A DNA stretch of 53,262 bases, from the IMG/VR virus record IMGVR_UViG_3300048582_000146, positions 1 through 53,262 of that record. The stretch is one strand, 5' to 3'. Within the stretch, counting starts at the first letter, position 1, and the number at the start of each line of letters is the position of its first letter. A program made the position numbers and the translations under genes. The notes below the pieces were generated by a model. It did not search any database, was not told where the DNA came from, and worked only from the letters and a program-made list of their open reading frames with translations. Below, piece after piece: positions 1 through 9,010 of the stretch. Source of the DNA: a virus (lineage: Duplodnaviria > Caudoviricetes).

Positions 1-127
1 AACGATTACAACGTAATGAAATTGGCACAGGGATCAGTTTCAAACGGCACACTAAAAATAGCCGGAAGCGTGAATGGCTTAACAGCAGCTTCTGCTTCAT
101 ATTATGCAACTTTAATTTCAAGAGGTT
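1..127 (+). repeat. 127-bp terminal direct repeat, left copy (circular assembly overlap)
   Basis: Identical to 53136-53262; falls inside a gene that reads through in frame. Confidence 0.97.
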
Positions 128-153
128 GGACAATAGATGTCCCATCTCCCTAA
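1..153 (+). CDS. 3' end of the origin-spanning esterase-domain virion protein that starts at 51849
   Basis: Frame 1 reads NDYNVMKLAQG...RGWTIDVPSP* (TAA 151-153), in frame with ATG 51849. Confidence 0.85.
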   Translation, partial: NDYNVMKLAQGSVSNGTLKIAGSVNGLTAASASYYATLISRGWTIDVPSP

Positions 154-164
154 AAAATAGAACT

Positions 165-464
165 ATGAAAACACTAAAAAAAATCATCCTTTGGATTTAT
201 GCAACAAACGCGGACAGACACGTATTTTTAATAGGAACACCAGTAGCATTATTGTTTTTGAAGCTTTTGTTTCTAAGTGATTCATTCAGATACAACACCC
301 ACTTTTTATTTCATGCTTTTGTGGCCGCTATTCCTGCAGTACTTGCCGGTTATGCTTGGGAAAAGTTTCAGAAGAAACAATTCAATGCCACCATGAATGA
401 ACTAGACATTTGGATTTGTGGTTTAGGAGGACCAATAGCAGTAATTATTTTAAATTTTCTATAA
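165..464 (+). CDS. Small multi-TM membrane protein (lysis-region accessory)
   Basis: About 3 hydrophobic segments; ATG 165 follows an A-rich leader and is preferred to TTG 126. Confidence 0.7.
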   Translation: MKTLKKIILWIYATNADRHVFLIGTPVALLFLKLLFLSDSFRYNTHFLFHAFVAAIPAVLAGYAWEKFQKKQFNATMNELDIWICGLGGPIAVIILNFL

Positions 465-467
465 ACT

Positions 468-974
468 ATGCAAAAATTCTTTTCCCTCAATTTAATCGAG
501 TTTTACGAAGCTTTTAAATTTTCGGCAATAGTTGGCTTGATACCATCCTTTTTCTTTCCATATATAGATGTGTGGGTGAATGGTAATATTGATTACATAC
601 GTATCGCATTGGGTATTGTAATTGTCGATCATGCTTTAGGTTCGTTGGTACATTCAAGAATTTATAAGAATGATTGGGATTGGAAAAAGAATATTACCGG
701 CTTTGGAATTAAAATCAGTATGGTTGTGGCTTTTGGTTTTATCATGGAAGGATTGGCACACATAACCATTGCTGACGATTTTATTTATAAATACATAAAA
801 ATGACAGGTCGCATTTTGGTTTGTTTATATCCGGGAATGTCGGCTTTGCGAAATATTAAAATTATAACCTACGGTAGGTTTCCACCCGATGCCTTGATAG
901 GTAAATTGGAAAACTTTAACCGAGATTTAGATTTAGAAAAACTTAAAAAAGGAAACGATGCCGAAAGCAATTAA
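468..974 (+). CDS. Putative holin
   Basis: 3-4 TM segments, charged C-terminus, overlaps the endolysin start. Confidence 0.7.
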   Translation: MQKFFSLNLIEFYEAFKFSAIVGLIPSFFFPYIDVWVNGNIDYIRIALGIVIVDHALGSLVHSRIYKNDWDWKKNITGFGIKISMVVAFGFIMEGLAHITIADDFIYKYIKMTGRILVCLYPGMSALRNIKIITYGRFPPDALIGKLENFNRDLDLEKLKKGNDAESN

Positions 975-1542
975 CGTAAAAAACTTATGCCTGCATGTTT
1001 CTGCAGGTTATTCAAAAGTACCGGGAATAGAATTGTTTTGGAAAAACACTTTGAAATGGTCTGGCAAAGGCTATGCTGTAATTATTGATGTAGATGGCAC
1101 AAAATATTTTTTAGACAACCCGTCACAAACACACGGATACACAACTACATACAATAATGGCAAATGCTTTGGTTTTGTTACCAACGGAGTAAAAGGCTTC
1201 AATGAATCAATCATAAGCATTTGCACCATTGGTGGAATTAAGAATCTAGGCACTAAAGAAAAGCCCATTTATAAAGGCGTTGACACTCGAACCGATGCAC
1301 AAAAAAAAGCATTAGATGAAGTAATTCAATTGGCTATCACCTGGTTAAAAGCGAACGGAAAAGACATCACTAAAGATTTAGGTATTGTTGGCCACCGTGA
1401 CTATTCTAAAGACGGAAACAACAACGGAGCCATCGAATCATGGGAACGTATTAAAGAATGTCCGTGTATTGATGCGATTGAAGAATACGGCTACTTCTAT
1501 GGAAGTGCAGACCGATATGGGAAATTACCAACTCAAAAATAG
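958..1542 (+). CDS. Endolysin, N-acetylmuramoyl-L-alanine amidase (Amidase_2/T7 lysozyme-like)
   Basis: Zn-ligand motifs LHVSAG, GY, SICTIGG, VGHRD, KECP. Confidence 0.88.
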   Translation: MPKAINVKNLCLHVSAGYSKVPGIELFWKNTLKWSGKGYAVIIDVDGTKYFLDNPSQTHGYTTTYNNGKCFGFVTNGVKGFNESIISICTIGGIKNLGTKEKPIYKGVDTRTDAQKKALDEVIQLAITWLKANGKDITKDLGIVGHRDYSKDGNNNGAIESWERIKECPCIDAIEEYGYFYGSADRYGKLPTQK

Positions 1543-1622
1543 AATTGTTTCCCTTATTAATGAGGTAAACATAATGTAAAGAATTGATTGTAAAATAATT
1601 ATAACACTTAAAAAACAGCAAT

Positions 1623-2051
1623 ATGCCAAATGTAATGTACAACTCGGCTAAAAGAGATTTTCTAAAAGCCGCTATCAACTGCGAAACCGACACCATAAAA
1701 GTAATGTTGGTTGGTGCGGGTTATGTTCAAAATATCGACACGCACACAAAGCGTTCAGATATTACCAATGAAATAGTTGGAGCAGGCTACACTGCAGGCG
1801 GTGTAGTTTTAGCAAACAAATCAGTTACGATTGATTTAGCAACAAACAAAGCAATTTTCAATTGTGATGATCCGGTAATTCCAAACGCAACAATTGCAGG
1901 TGCTATTGGTGCTGTAGTTTACAAATCAAGAGGCGGAGCAGCTAGTGCTGACGAATTGATTTGCTACAATGAATTTGCAGCTCCTGCATCAAGCACAAAT
2001 GGAAATTTTGTTGTTAACATAGCCACTATTGGGGTATTACAATTAGGATAG
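1623..2051 (+). CDS. Putative virion structural protein
   Basis: DTIKVML...GAGYTAGG motif typical of small phage tail/fibre-associated proteins. Confidence 0.6.
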   Translation: MPNVMYNSAKRDFLKAAINCETDTIKVMLVGAGYVQNIDTHTKRSDITNEIVGAGYTAGGVVLANKSVTIDLATNKAIFNCDDPVIPNATIAGAIGAVVYKSRGGAASADELICYNEFAAPASSTNGNFVVNIATIGVLQLG

Positions 2052-2053
2052 TT

Positions 2054-4192
2054 ATGAAAATAGCAGTAGAACAAGTATTCAATGGTTCTTTAGACCAAGT
2101 GGCAGTGGGCGGAGCCTATGATGCTACTAAAATAAATAGGGGAAAACATAGTGGACAATATAATTTAGGTTCAGGAGCTATTGATAAATTCATTGGTCCT
2201 TGTCCTTTAGGAGTTGCCAATTTTGGTGAAAGCTCGTTGGCTATTCCTTCTCAATTTGTGCATCCTATTAAAATTACTGATGATTTGTTTTGGATTTTTG
2301 GTTCAGATGCTGCTGTAGCCGCAGCCACAAGAAGGGTTCAATTATGGACTTTTGTTCCTTCAACAAATACTTATAATTTTCAAGGTGCAATAAACTGTAC
2401 TTTTCCAACAGCAACAAACCATACTGTTAGAGGATTAAGAGCAATTTTGCATAATGAAACTACAGGTACGGTTGCTGTAAGTGGTACAGCCGTAACAGGA
2501 ACTGGAACTGCTTTCACAACAGGATTATCAGTTGGCTCTCGAATTGGTTTTGGCTCAACAGATCCAAACGCAATTGTAACTTGGTATCAAATACAAGCTA
2601 TTGGTTCTGCAACTGGAATAACGTTAACAACTTCTGCAGGAACTATTTCAGCCGGAACTCCTTACGTAATTCAAGATTTAATGGTTGTACAGGCTACAAC
2701 AAACGCTACAGTAACCAATGGAGGTTTATTTGTTACCAAAGGATTAAGATTTGAGGACTTTAATTCACCTGCGACAAACATTCCTACTGCTACAACTGTC
2801 GATAAAATTAAAGCAACCTATTGGTTAAAAGATGCTGCAACAATCACCAATGATGTTATTGGAGGGTGTGCATTAGGAGAATTAACTTCATTAACTGAGC
2901 AATTCGTTTATTGTACAGAAGGTGCTGCTACTTCATTAATTATTTATAAATACAATATCAGAGCAGCTCTTACTCCAACATCCGGAGCTTTTGTATTAAC
3001 TGGAGCTAATCTTGTAATTACCGGTGCACAAACAGTAACGGGAAATATTTCCCAATTAAATAACGGTAGAGAGGCAACTCTTAATCATGGTTCAGGTGCG
3101 GGAGTTGCTAGTATTTATGCTTTAACAACAACTAGAGTTTTAAGAATACCATTGGCAAATGTTACAGCAGGTAACACAACATTCGTCGCTGATTCAATGT
3201 CTGAAGTTCCTCCGGGAGGTGTAGTCACAAATATTTCAACAGGAGGATTTGTATCAATGGATGTTTCTCAATCTCTTGATAAATTAATATTAGTATCTGC
3301 TGTTTCTACAGGGACTATTTATATTACAGATTATTATACAGGAGGACAACAGATAGACAGAAGAAGCGGTTGTTTAACTCCTCAAGCACCTTCTTCATCA
3401 AGAGATACAGACAGTCCAATTTTCATTCATAGCGTTACAAGTAGCGTTCCTTTTATTTGGGCAGAGGATGGTTGGTTGTTCTACTTATATACTCAAGCGA
3501 TAACGCAAACTATAAACGCTATGACTGCGTATCCTTTAGCTGCCGATTTAGAATTTGAGTCCGACACTACCAATAGAATTATTTGCCCTAAAATAACGCT
3601 TGGAGCCGCTCCTTCAAAACTATACAGAGCATTGGTTAATTCATTAACAAATGTTGGTGACAACACGATGGGAGTTTCTCCAGACATGTATCTTTTAGAA
3701 GTACGCACATCAGGAATTGATGATAATTCCGGTTCTTGGACAGCAGTTCCGCAAAACGGAGACTTATCTGGGTTAGGCGTGCCAACAGACATTCAGTTTG
3801 CTTTCAGATTCAGAACTGCAGGTGTCATCATGTTGCCAAACAGAATTTTGTCATTAGCATTGCTATATGAAAGCGATGATGCTCTTCCTTCTCAGTACCG
3901 ATGGAACTATGCCGATTTCAATACAACTAACGGAACATTTGCATGGGTGCAAGCTGTTTTGTTTGGCGGAGCTTTAACCACGCACACAATTGAAATTTAC
4001 AGAGCCGATACCAATGCTTTAGTATTAACACAAGCAAGTTCAGGAACAACCAACGGAGCTTTTGAAAATTGGAATGGTAGTGCTTGGGTAGCAGGTCTTG
4101 GAGCGGACACAGTAGGCAGAAGGAGAAGATTTGTTCCTACCGGTTCACTTCCGGGAAGTATTGATTTATACGCAAAAATAATAGTAGCTTAA
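2054..4192 (+). CDS. Putative tail fibre / receptor-binding protein
   Basis: 712 aa, T/G/A/S-rich beta composition; TGTVAVSGTAVTGTGTAF fibre motif. Confidence 0.6.
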   Translation: MKIAVEQVFNGSLDQVAVGGAYDATKINRGKHSGQYNLGSGAIDKFIGPCPLGVANFGESSLAIPSQFVHPIKITDDLFWIFGSDAAVAAATRRVQLWTFVPSTNTYNFQGAINCTFPTATNHTVRGLRAILHNETTGTVAVSGTAVTGTGTAFTTGLSVGSRIGFGSTDPNAIVTWYQIQAIGSATGITLTTSAGTISAGTPYVIQDLMVVQATTNATVTNGGLFVTKGLRFEDFNSPATNIPTATTVDKIKATYWLKDAATITNDVIGGCALGELTSLTEQFVYCTEGAATSLIIYKYNIRAALTPTSGAFVLTGANLVITGAQTVTGNISQLNNGREATLNHGSGAGVASIYALTTTRVLRIPLANVTAGNTTFVADSMSEVPPGGVVTNISTGGFVSMDVSQSLDKLILVSAVSTGTIYITDYYTGGQQIDRRSGCLTPQAPSSSRDTDSPIFIHSVTSSVPFIWAEDGWLFYLYTQAITQTINAMTAYPLAADLEFESDTTNRIICPKITLGAAPSKLYRALVNSLTNVGDNTMGVSPDMYLLEVRTSGIDDNSGSWTAVPQNGDLSGLGVPTDIQFAFRFRTAGVIMLPNRILSLALLYESDDALPSQYRWNYADFNTTNGTFAWVQAVLFGGALTTHTIEIYRADTNALVLTQASSGTTNGAFENWNGSAWVAGLGADTVGRRRRFVPTGSLPGSIDLYAKIIVA

Positions 4193-4194
4193 AA

Positions 4195-5112
4195 ATGGCA
4201 AACAATTTAAACTTTGGCGGAGCAGTAGCTGTCCTTGTGAGAGACAAGGGAGTGGCAAACTCCGTCAATGGTTTTGTTGCCAAAGAACCAACGCAAGGTT
4301 CCAATAGTACTACCTTACCTACAACGGTAAAGTTTTTATTATATGACTTTGTTTCATCTGCTCAATCACCGGCAAATGTAGATGCAAACGTATCGCTAGA
4401 ACTTGCCGAAGCAACCATGGAGGCATTGCAAGCAACTGCTTCCGGTTCTGCCAATGTTTCTGCAACACTAGCCGAAGCTAGCTTTGAAGGTTTGCAAGCT
4501 AGCGTTACTGCAATTGCCAATGTTTCACTTGAAATAGCGAATGTAGATTTTGAAGCATTACAAGCAAACGCAATAGGAAACGCAAACGTAACACTTGACA
4601 TTGCCGAAGCTACATTTGAAGCTTTCCAAATGAATACAACAGTTGAGGCAGGTGTTGAAGTGTTTTTGGAGCTTGCCAACGCACCAATGGAAGCCTTGAA
4701 AATGACCGTATCCGGTGATGCAGTAACGCAAATTAATATTGCTGAGGGATCAATTCAAGCTTTGAATATTACTGCTTCCGGTGGTGTAAATGCTTTTTTA
4801 GAATTAGCAGATATGACTATTGAGGCTTTTCAAGCTACTGCTAAAGGTGATGCAAACATGCAATTAGACATAGCAGAAAGTTATTTTACATTAGGAAACA
4901 TAATCATTTTCAATGCATCGAGATTAAAAGCAGTTTACATCAACTCACTTGTTAAACAGGAAATTGCTTTAATTTCAAAAATCGATTCATCTGCAGTTTT
5001 AAATTCATCTGTTAAAGTAGAAAAAATTATTTATTCATTGGTTTCAAGAAAAAAAGAAATAGAATCAACAGTCTTAAAAGAATTACAATTAAAATCAGAG
5101 ATATATGGATGA
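4195..5112 (+). CDS. Repeat-containing putative structural protein
   Basis: About 7-8 tandem ~23-aa units (A.V.LE.AEA..EALQA.A.G). Confidence 0.6.
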   Translation: MANNLNFGGAVAVLVRDKGVANSVNGFVAKEPTQGSNSTTLPTTVKFLLYDFVSSAQSPANVDANVSLELAEATMEALQATASGSANVSATLAEASFEGLQASVTAIANVSLEIANVDFEALQANAIGNANVTLDIAEATFEAFQMNTTVEAGVEVFLELANAPMEALKMTVSGDAVTQINIAEGSIQALNITASGGVNAFLELADMTIEAFQATAKGDANMQLDIAESYFTLGNIIIFNASRLKAVYINSLVKQEIALISKIDSSAVLNSSVKVEKIIYSLVSRKKEIESTVLKELQLKSEIYG

Positions 5113-5398
5113 TAAAATTTATTTAGGGCAAGATTTCCCAATCACTCTAAAAATTAATGAAAACCTTGCTGGAGCCACCGACTTAAAATTAAATCGAGAA
5201 GATCCACAAGGAGAGGCAGCCTCACAATTAAACCTAACGATTATTAATGAAGAAGAAGGAGAAACTTTTTTCATGTCAACGGATAACGAATTTAATATGA
5301 TAGGTCCGTGGAACGTGTGGCCAACTTATACTAACGGCGATGGATTGTCAAGAATAGGCAAACCTTCACAGATTTATATTCACAAACCAGGAACTTAA
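5105..5398 (+). CDS. Small Ig-like/BppU-N-like structural protein
   Basis: Beta-strand pattern with ...FNMIGPWNVWP... typical of BppU N-terminal-like domains. Confidence 0.45.
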   Translation: MDDKIYLGQDFPITLKINENLAGATDLKLNREDPQGEAASQLNLTIINEEEGETFFMSTDNEFNMIGPWNVWPTYTNGDGLSRIGKPSQIYIHKPGT

Positions 5399-5408
5399 AA
5401 AATAAATT

Positions 5409-6092
5409 ATGAAAAAAATAAATTTCCCATTGATTTACGATTACATAAAAAGCTATGTATATCCAATTTTGATTTTGTTATTGTTAATTGGTTGCGGAAC
5501 AAAAACTAAAACAAAAACAGAATCATCCAATGAAATTGCATTAAAAGAGCAGGCTCGAAAATCTGATTCTATAAAAACCATTGATTTAATAATCAATAAA
5601 AAAGTAGAGGAAAAGGTAAAGGAATACATTGATCAATCAAAATCAAGTTCTGAATCTGTTTCAGAAGATAAAGATGTGACCACTATAACAGAAATTAGTA
5701 CTGATGCTCCGGCAACGATAACACTAACAGATGGACGTGTTTTAAATCTTCAAAATGGCAAAATTACTGAAACCAAAAGCACCGCAACGAAGAAAAATAA
5801 TACCAAAGCTATTACTGAAAAGAATATCGAAATTTCTGAACGATCGCAATCAATAATTGATGAAGTAAACATCAAAGCGATGTCACGTGAAATAGTAGAA
5901 GAAGTTCTCACCGACTTATCAAAAAAGGAAACTTCAAAAACAGGTGAACAAGTTAAAAAAGGATGGCAGCCCGGATTTTGGTTTTGGTTCTGGATAATTC
6001 TGATTTTACTTATAGCAATTGCATTGTGGCTTTTCAGGAAATATTTAGGCATTCAGTTTCCTTTTTTGCAAATGTTTAAATTCTTCAGATAA
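5409..6092 (+). CDS. Putative unimolecular spanin (lipoprotein with C-terminal TM helix)
   Basis: Lipobox LLIGC, hydrophilic middle region, C-terminal TM (WFWFWIILILLIAIALWLF). Confidence 0.7.
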   Translation: MKKINFPLIYDYIKSYVYPILILLLLIGCGTKTKTKTESSNEIALKEQARKSDSIKTIDLIINKKVEEKVKEYIDQSKSSSESVSEDKDVTTITEISTDAPATITLTDGRVLNLQNGKITETKSTATKKNNTKAITEKNIEISERSQSIIDEVNIKAMSREIVEEVLTDLSKKETSKTGEQVKKGWQPGFWFWFWIILILLIAIALWLFRKYLGIQFPFLQMFKFFR

Positions 6093-6096
6093 AACA

Positions 6097-6116
6097 AAAC
6101 CCCTTAATTGGGGTTT
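6097..6116. terminator. Bidirectional intrinsic terminator between spanin and integrase
   Basis: AAACCCC-TTAATT-GGGGTTT between convergent genes. Confidence 0.8.
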
Positions 6117-6120
6117 CTTT

Positions 6121-7269
6121 TTACAATGCCGGTGAGTTTTCCATAATGTTATTACGGTGAACTTCTTTAACTACCTTAGCATACTCAGCAGTCATTAATT
6201 TTGATGAGTGGCCATAAAGCTCACGCAAACTATCTAAATCAAGTCCGGCCAGTATTTTTCTATCAGCTCCCAAATGTTTAAGGGCATACATATTCATATC
6301 AATTCCCAGATCAGTTTTTACAATTTTTGCCCATCGTTTAGTGGCCGTGTCTCTTTTTAATTTTGTTGGAGCCGGAATAAAATCAGAATGCTTGCCTAAA
6401 TTACCACGTCCGGATGTTCTGAAGCTTCCAAACAAATAGAAGTTATCAGGAAATGTATTTAATTCCATTTTTGAATAATACTCCAGCAAATGTTTATTAA
6501 TAGGAACAATGCGTTTCTTTTTGGTTTTGGTAATGCCTGCCGGCAGAATTATCTCTGATTTATTAAGGTTTACCATCTTCAATGTAATTTTTAAAATCTC
6601 TTCAGGCCTGATGCCGGTGTGAAAAATAGTCAAGCAGAACACCCAAAAATTATAATGATTCTTTTCAAGTTGCTCCTTTATTTTTTCTACATCTTCAAAC
6701 GATGCCGGAATGTTCGCCTCGCTTGATGCGACATGCAAATTATTGATTTTATATGCCGGGTTAGCCTCAATAATATCCCATTGGATTAACTCGCTTAAAA
6801 TAGCCTTTAAATGATTCAAATGTTTATTGAATGCATTATTGGTCCATTTACGTTGTTCTTTTGCTTTTTCGATGATCAACTTTACATGAACTCTTTTAGT
6901 GTCTGAAATCTTCAAATGTTCTAATCCTAATTCTTTGACCGACTGTTTAATGAATCGAACGGTTCCGTTATAGCCTGAAAGCGTTTTTGGTGCGATATTT
7001 GGACGTTTCATTTCCATAGCGAAGTCCAATGCTTCTGTAAAAGAAAAAACCTTTTGAGCGTTAGCTATATCCGGAACTTGCGGGTTCCAACCTTCTTTAA
7101 GTTTAATGTATAGGGATTCTCTAAGGAGTTCGAATTCTTTTTCTTTCTCCTTTAAATCTGCGATGAGGTTTAGTCCGAGCTTAAAACGGTACTGTTGACC
7201 ATCATAGCGAAAATGAACATACCAATACTTTCCTTTGGTAATTTTTGGAATTGAATAATTTGCTTTCAT
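6121..7269 (-). CDS. int: Tyrosine integrase
   Basis: HTGIRPEE, KT, YALKH, LYGHSS, catalytic Y in AEYA; adjacent to attP. Confidence 0.95.
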   Translation of the reverse strand: MKANYSIPKITKGKYWYVHFRYDGQQYRFKLGLNLIADLKEKEKEFELLRESLYIKLKEGWNPQVPDIANAQKVFSFTEALDFAMEMKRPNIAPKTLSGYNGTVRFIKQSVKELGLEHLKISDTKRVHVKLIIEKAKEQRKWTNNAFNKHLNHLKAILSELIQWDIIEANPAYKINNLHVASSEANIPASFEDVEKIKEQLEKNHYNFWVFCLTIFHTGIRPEEILKITLKMVNLNKSEIILPAGITKTKKKRIVPINKHLLEYYSKMELNTFPDNFYLFGSFRTSGRGNLGKHSDFIPAPTKLKRDTATKRWAKIVKTDLGIDMNMYALKHLGADRKILAGLDLDSLRELYGHSSKLMTAEYAKVVKEVHRNNIMENSPAL

Positions 7270-7336
7270 ATTTTAATAATTAGAGATTATTAAAATGCTT
7301 GCAGGAACTTGAAGCTAATTATTTCAATACGTGTAC

Positions 7337-7510
7337 TTTTTGTGTACGAATTTTTTATAAAAATCGGGAAGCCTATATTTTACAGTACTTCCCGATTTCA
7401 GCGGAGAAAGAGGGATTCTCTTTCTATAAAAAATAAAATCGTATCAATATAATTATCAAGAACTTACAAAATTTTAAATCTGATTTATATTTTATTTTTG
7501 TGTACGAATT
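7337..7510. other. attP site: core 7401-7418 equals a tRNA-Ser 3' end on the minus strand, flanked by arm-type repeats
   Basis: Reverse complement GAATCCCTCTTTCTCCGC; inverted repeat AGAAAGA-GGGATTC-TCTTTCT (7405-7425); 16-bp direct repeat TTTTTGTGTACGAATT at 7337 and 7495. Confidence 0.85.
7361..7398 (-). terminator. Hairpin downstream of the att tRNA fragment (replacement tRNA terminator)
   Basis: 11-bp stem AAATCGGGAAG/CTTCCCGATTT followed by a T-run on the minus strand. Confidence 0.7.
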
Positions 7511-7525
7511 GTGATTTAAATTTTT

Positions 7526-7789
7526 CTATAAAACCTCAGCTAGTTTAAGGCTGTTGGCGGTATTGAAAACCTTATCATCAAACCCAAAAATCCAATTGGC
7601 ATTGACATCATATTTTGTGCAAATGGCTTGAATTTGCATTACCGTAAAATGTGTTTGACCTTTTTTTATTTTGGTAATCGTTTGTGGCTGCATATCAATT
7701 TCAAGACAAAAGTCACGGATATAGGAGATCTTATTTTGAAAAATCAAAAGCTCGATAAGTCTTATTATTCTTTTGTCGGTTGAATGCAT
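7526..7789 (-). CDS. XRE-family HTH protein
   Basis: FCLEIDMQPQTITKIKKG...VNANWIF. Confidence 0.8.
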   Translation of the reverse strand: MHSTDKRIIRLIELLIFQNKISYIRDFCLEIDMQPQTITKIKKGQTHFTVMQIQAICTKYDVNANWIFGFDDKVFNTANSLKLAEVL

Positions 7790-8206
7790 TTAATTAAGTT
7801 TAAACATGTTTATAAAAACCGAATCCTTATTACAAACCACCAAATATTGCTCTTTAATTAAAGCGTTAAACTCATTTGTATTCCTACAGTTAAAGGACAT
7901 TATAATATCATCATCAGAAATATAATAATCTTCCAAGTATTGTTTTTTAAGTCCTTCAAAATACAACTCCCTTTCCGGATTCATGTTTGATGGATTATTT
8001 TTTAAATGATAAAAAATTGAAACATTGGAATCTTTAAAAATATTTTCACCAATGGATATAAACTCATATCCTGATGGGTCGTTGACATTCCGTTTTATTT
8101 GACATTCCGCATTTTCTTTAATTAGGTCAATTTTCTTTATATCATTAGATTTTTCGCACGACATAAACAATATTGCAATCAAGATATATAATTGAAATTT
8201 TTTCAT
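7790..8206 (-). CDS. Lipoprotein in the lysogeny operon (superinfection-exclusion candidate)
   Basis: Lipobox LFMSC; co-transcribed behind cI. Confidence 0.65.
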   Translation of the reverse strand: MKKFQLYILIAILFMSCEKSNDIKKIDLIKENAECQIKRNVNDPSGYEFISIGENIFKDSNVSIFYHLKNNPSNMNPERELYFEGLKKQYLEDYYISDDDIIMSFNCRNTNEFNALIKEQYLVVCNKDSVFINMFKLN

Positions 8207-8207
8207 C

Positions 8208-8831
8208 TTACATCGTTGTTTTTGTTATTACTCCTTTTATAATAAAGAACCTCTTTAGTAGTGATAAGTGAAATTCTTTTGCTTCATACTTTGGATTTTC
8301 AGAAGCCAAAAGCCAATGATCGTCGTCTTTTCCTTTTCTTATGTATTTTAAAAAGACTTGGCCATCATTCAAAATAATCACATAAGCATATCCAAAATTT
8401 ATATAGCAGGGCTCAACTTCTTTTATTCCTATTATTTCACCACTGCAATACTTCGGATACATGCTGTCTCCGTAAACATTAATAAATTCGACACCTTTCT
8501 CCCAGTTAGGAATACTTATAGCGATTCTTCTTAGTTCATCATTTTGAAGCTCCATTTCTAAACCGGCACTTGCCGAAACATCCGGATAGTAATAACCGGT
8601 AGGATCTTCATTCACAAAATCAACAGTACTTTCTTTTAATACATAACTTTTTGTTTTGTAATTTGTAATGTAATTTTCAAGTATCTCTAAAGTTTTTTCT
8701 CTTGGGTTTTTAGAGGTTCCATTGATTATTTTGTTTATTCCAACCTCAGTTAATTCAGTGTCTTTTGCTATCTCATAGGCCGTTAATCCTAGAGATTTAA
8801 TGTCTTTTACTATTTTTATCGCTCTCATCAT
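8208..8831 (-). CDS. cI: CI-like repressor, HTH plus S24 peptidase
   Basis: N-terminal HTH, SAG cleavage site, GDSM serine, LK lysine, L.SENP.Y; start probably 8831 or 8828. Confidence 0.92.
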   Translation of the reverse strand: MMRAIKIVKDIKSLGLTAYEIAKDTELTEVGINKIINGTSKNPREKTLEILENYITNYKTKSYVLKESTVDFVNEDPTGYYYPDVSASAGLEMELQNDELRRIAISIPNWEKGVEFINVYGDSMYPKYCSGEIIGIKEVEPCYINFGYAYVIILNDGQVFLKYIRKGKDDDHWLLASENPKYEAKEFHLSLLKRFFIIKGVITKTTM

Positions 8832-8843
8832 TTCCCATATATA

Positions 8844-8862
8844 ATTTAAAATCATTTTAAAT
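8844..8862. promoter_or_regulatory. Fur-box-like palindrome (2 mismatches) in the cI leader
   Basis: ATTTAAAATCATTTTAAAT. Confidence 0.4.
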
Positions 8863-8916
8863 TACATAATTATTATGTATTATGTTTTGTAGATACATAA
8901 CAGTTATGTATATTTG
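8863..8916 (+). promoter_or_regulatory. Early lytic promoter with two CI operators
   Basis: TTTG(8886)-N19-TATATTTG(8909); palindromes TACATAATTATTATGTA (8863-8879) and ATACATAACAGTTATGTAT (8893-8911). Confidence 0.85.
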
Positions 8917-8937
8917 TCCTGTACAAAAAGCAAGAAG

Positions 8938-8945
8938 CAAAAGTA
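8938..8945 (-). promoter_or_regulatory. Putative -7 element of the leftward cI promoter
   Basis: Reverse complement TACTTTTG matches TAnnTTTG. Confidence 0.55.
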
Positions 8946-8980
8946 TACTAAAAATTTATTGAAATTACGCGATTCTGTCA

Positions 8981-8999
8981 ATTTAGAATCATTATAAAT
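8981..8999. promoter_or_regulatory. Fur-box-like palindrome (1 mismatch)
   Basis: ATTTAGAATCATTATAAAT. Confidence 0.6.
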
Positions 9000-9010
9000 A
9001 AAATTTTAGA

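Noticed and set aside
1-127. Terminal repeat as a biological direct terminal repeat
   Set aside because: 127 bp equals a common assembler k-mer length and the repeat falls mid-gene; it indicates circularity, not the packaging end
7401-7425. Phage tRNA-Ser gene
   Set aside because: Only the last 18 nt are present; this is the att core
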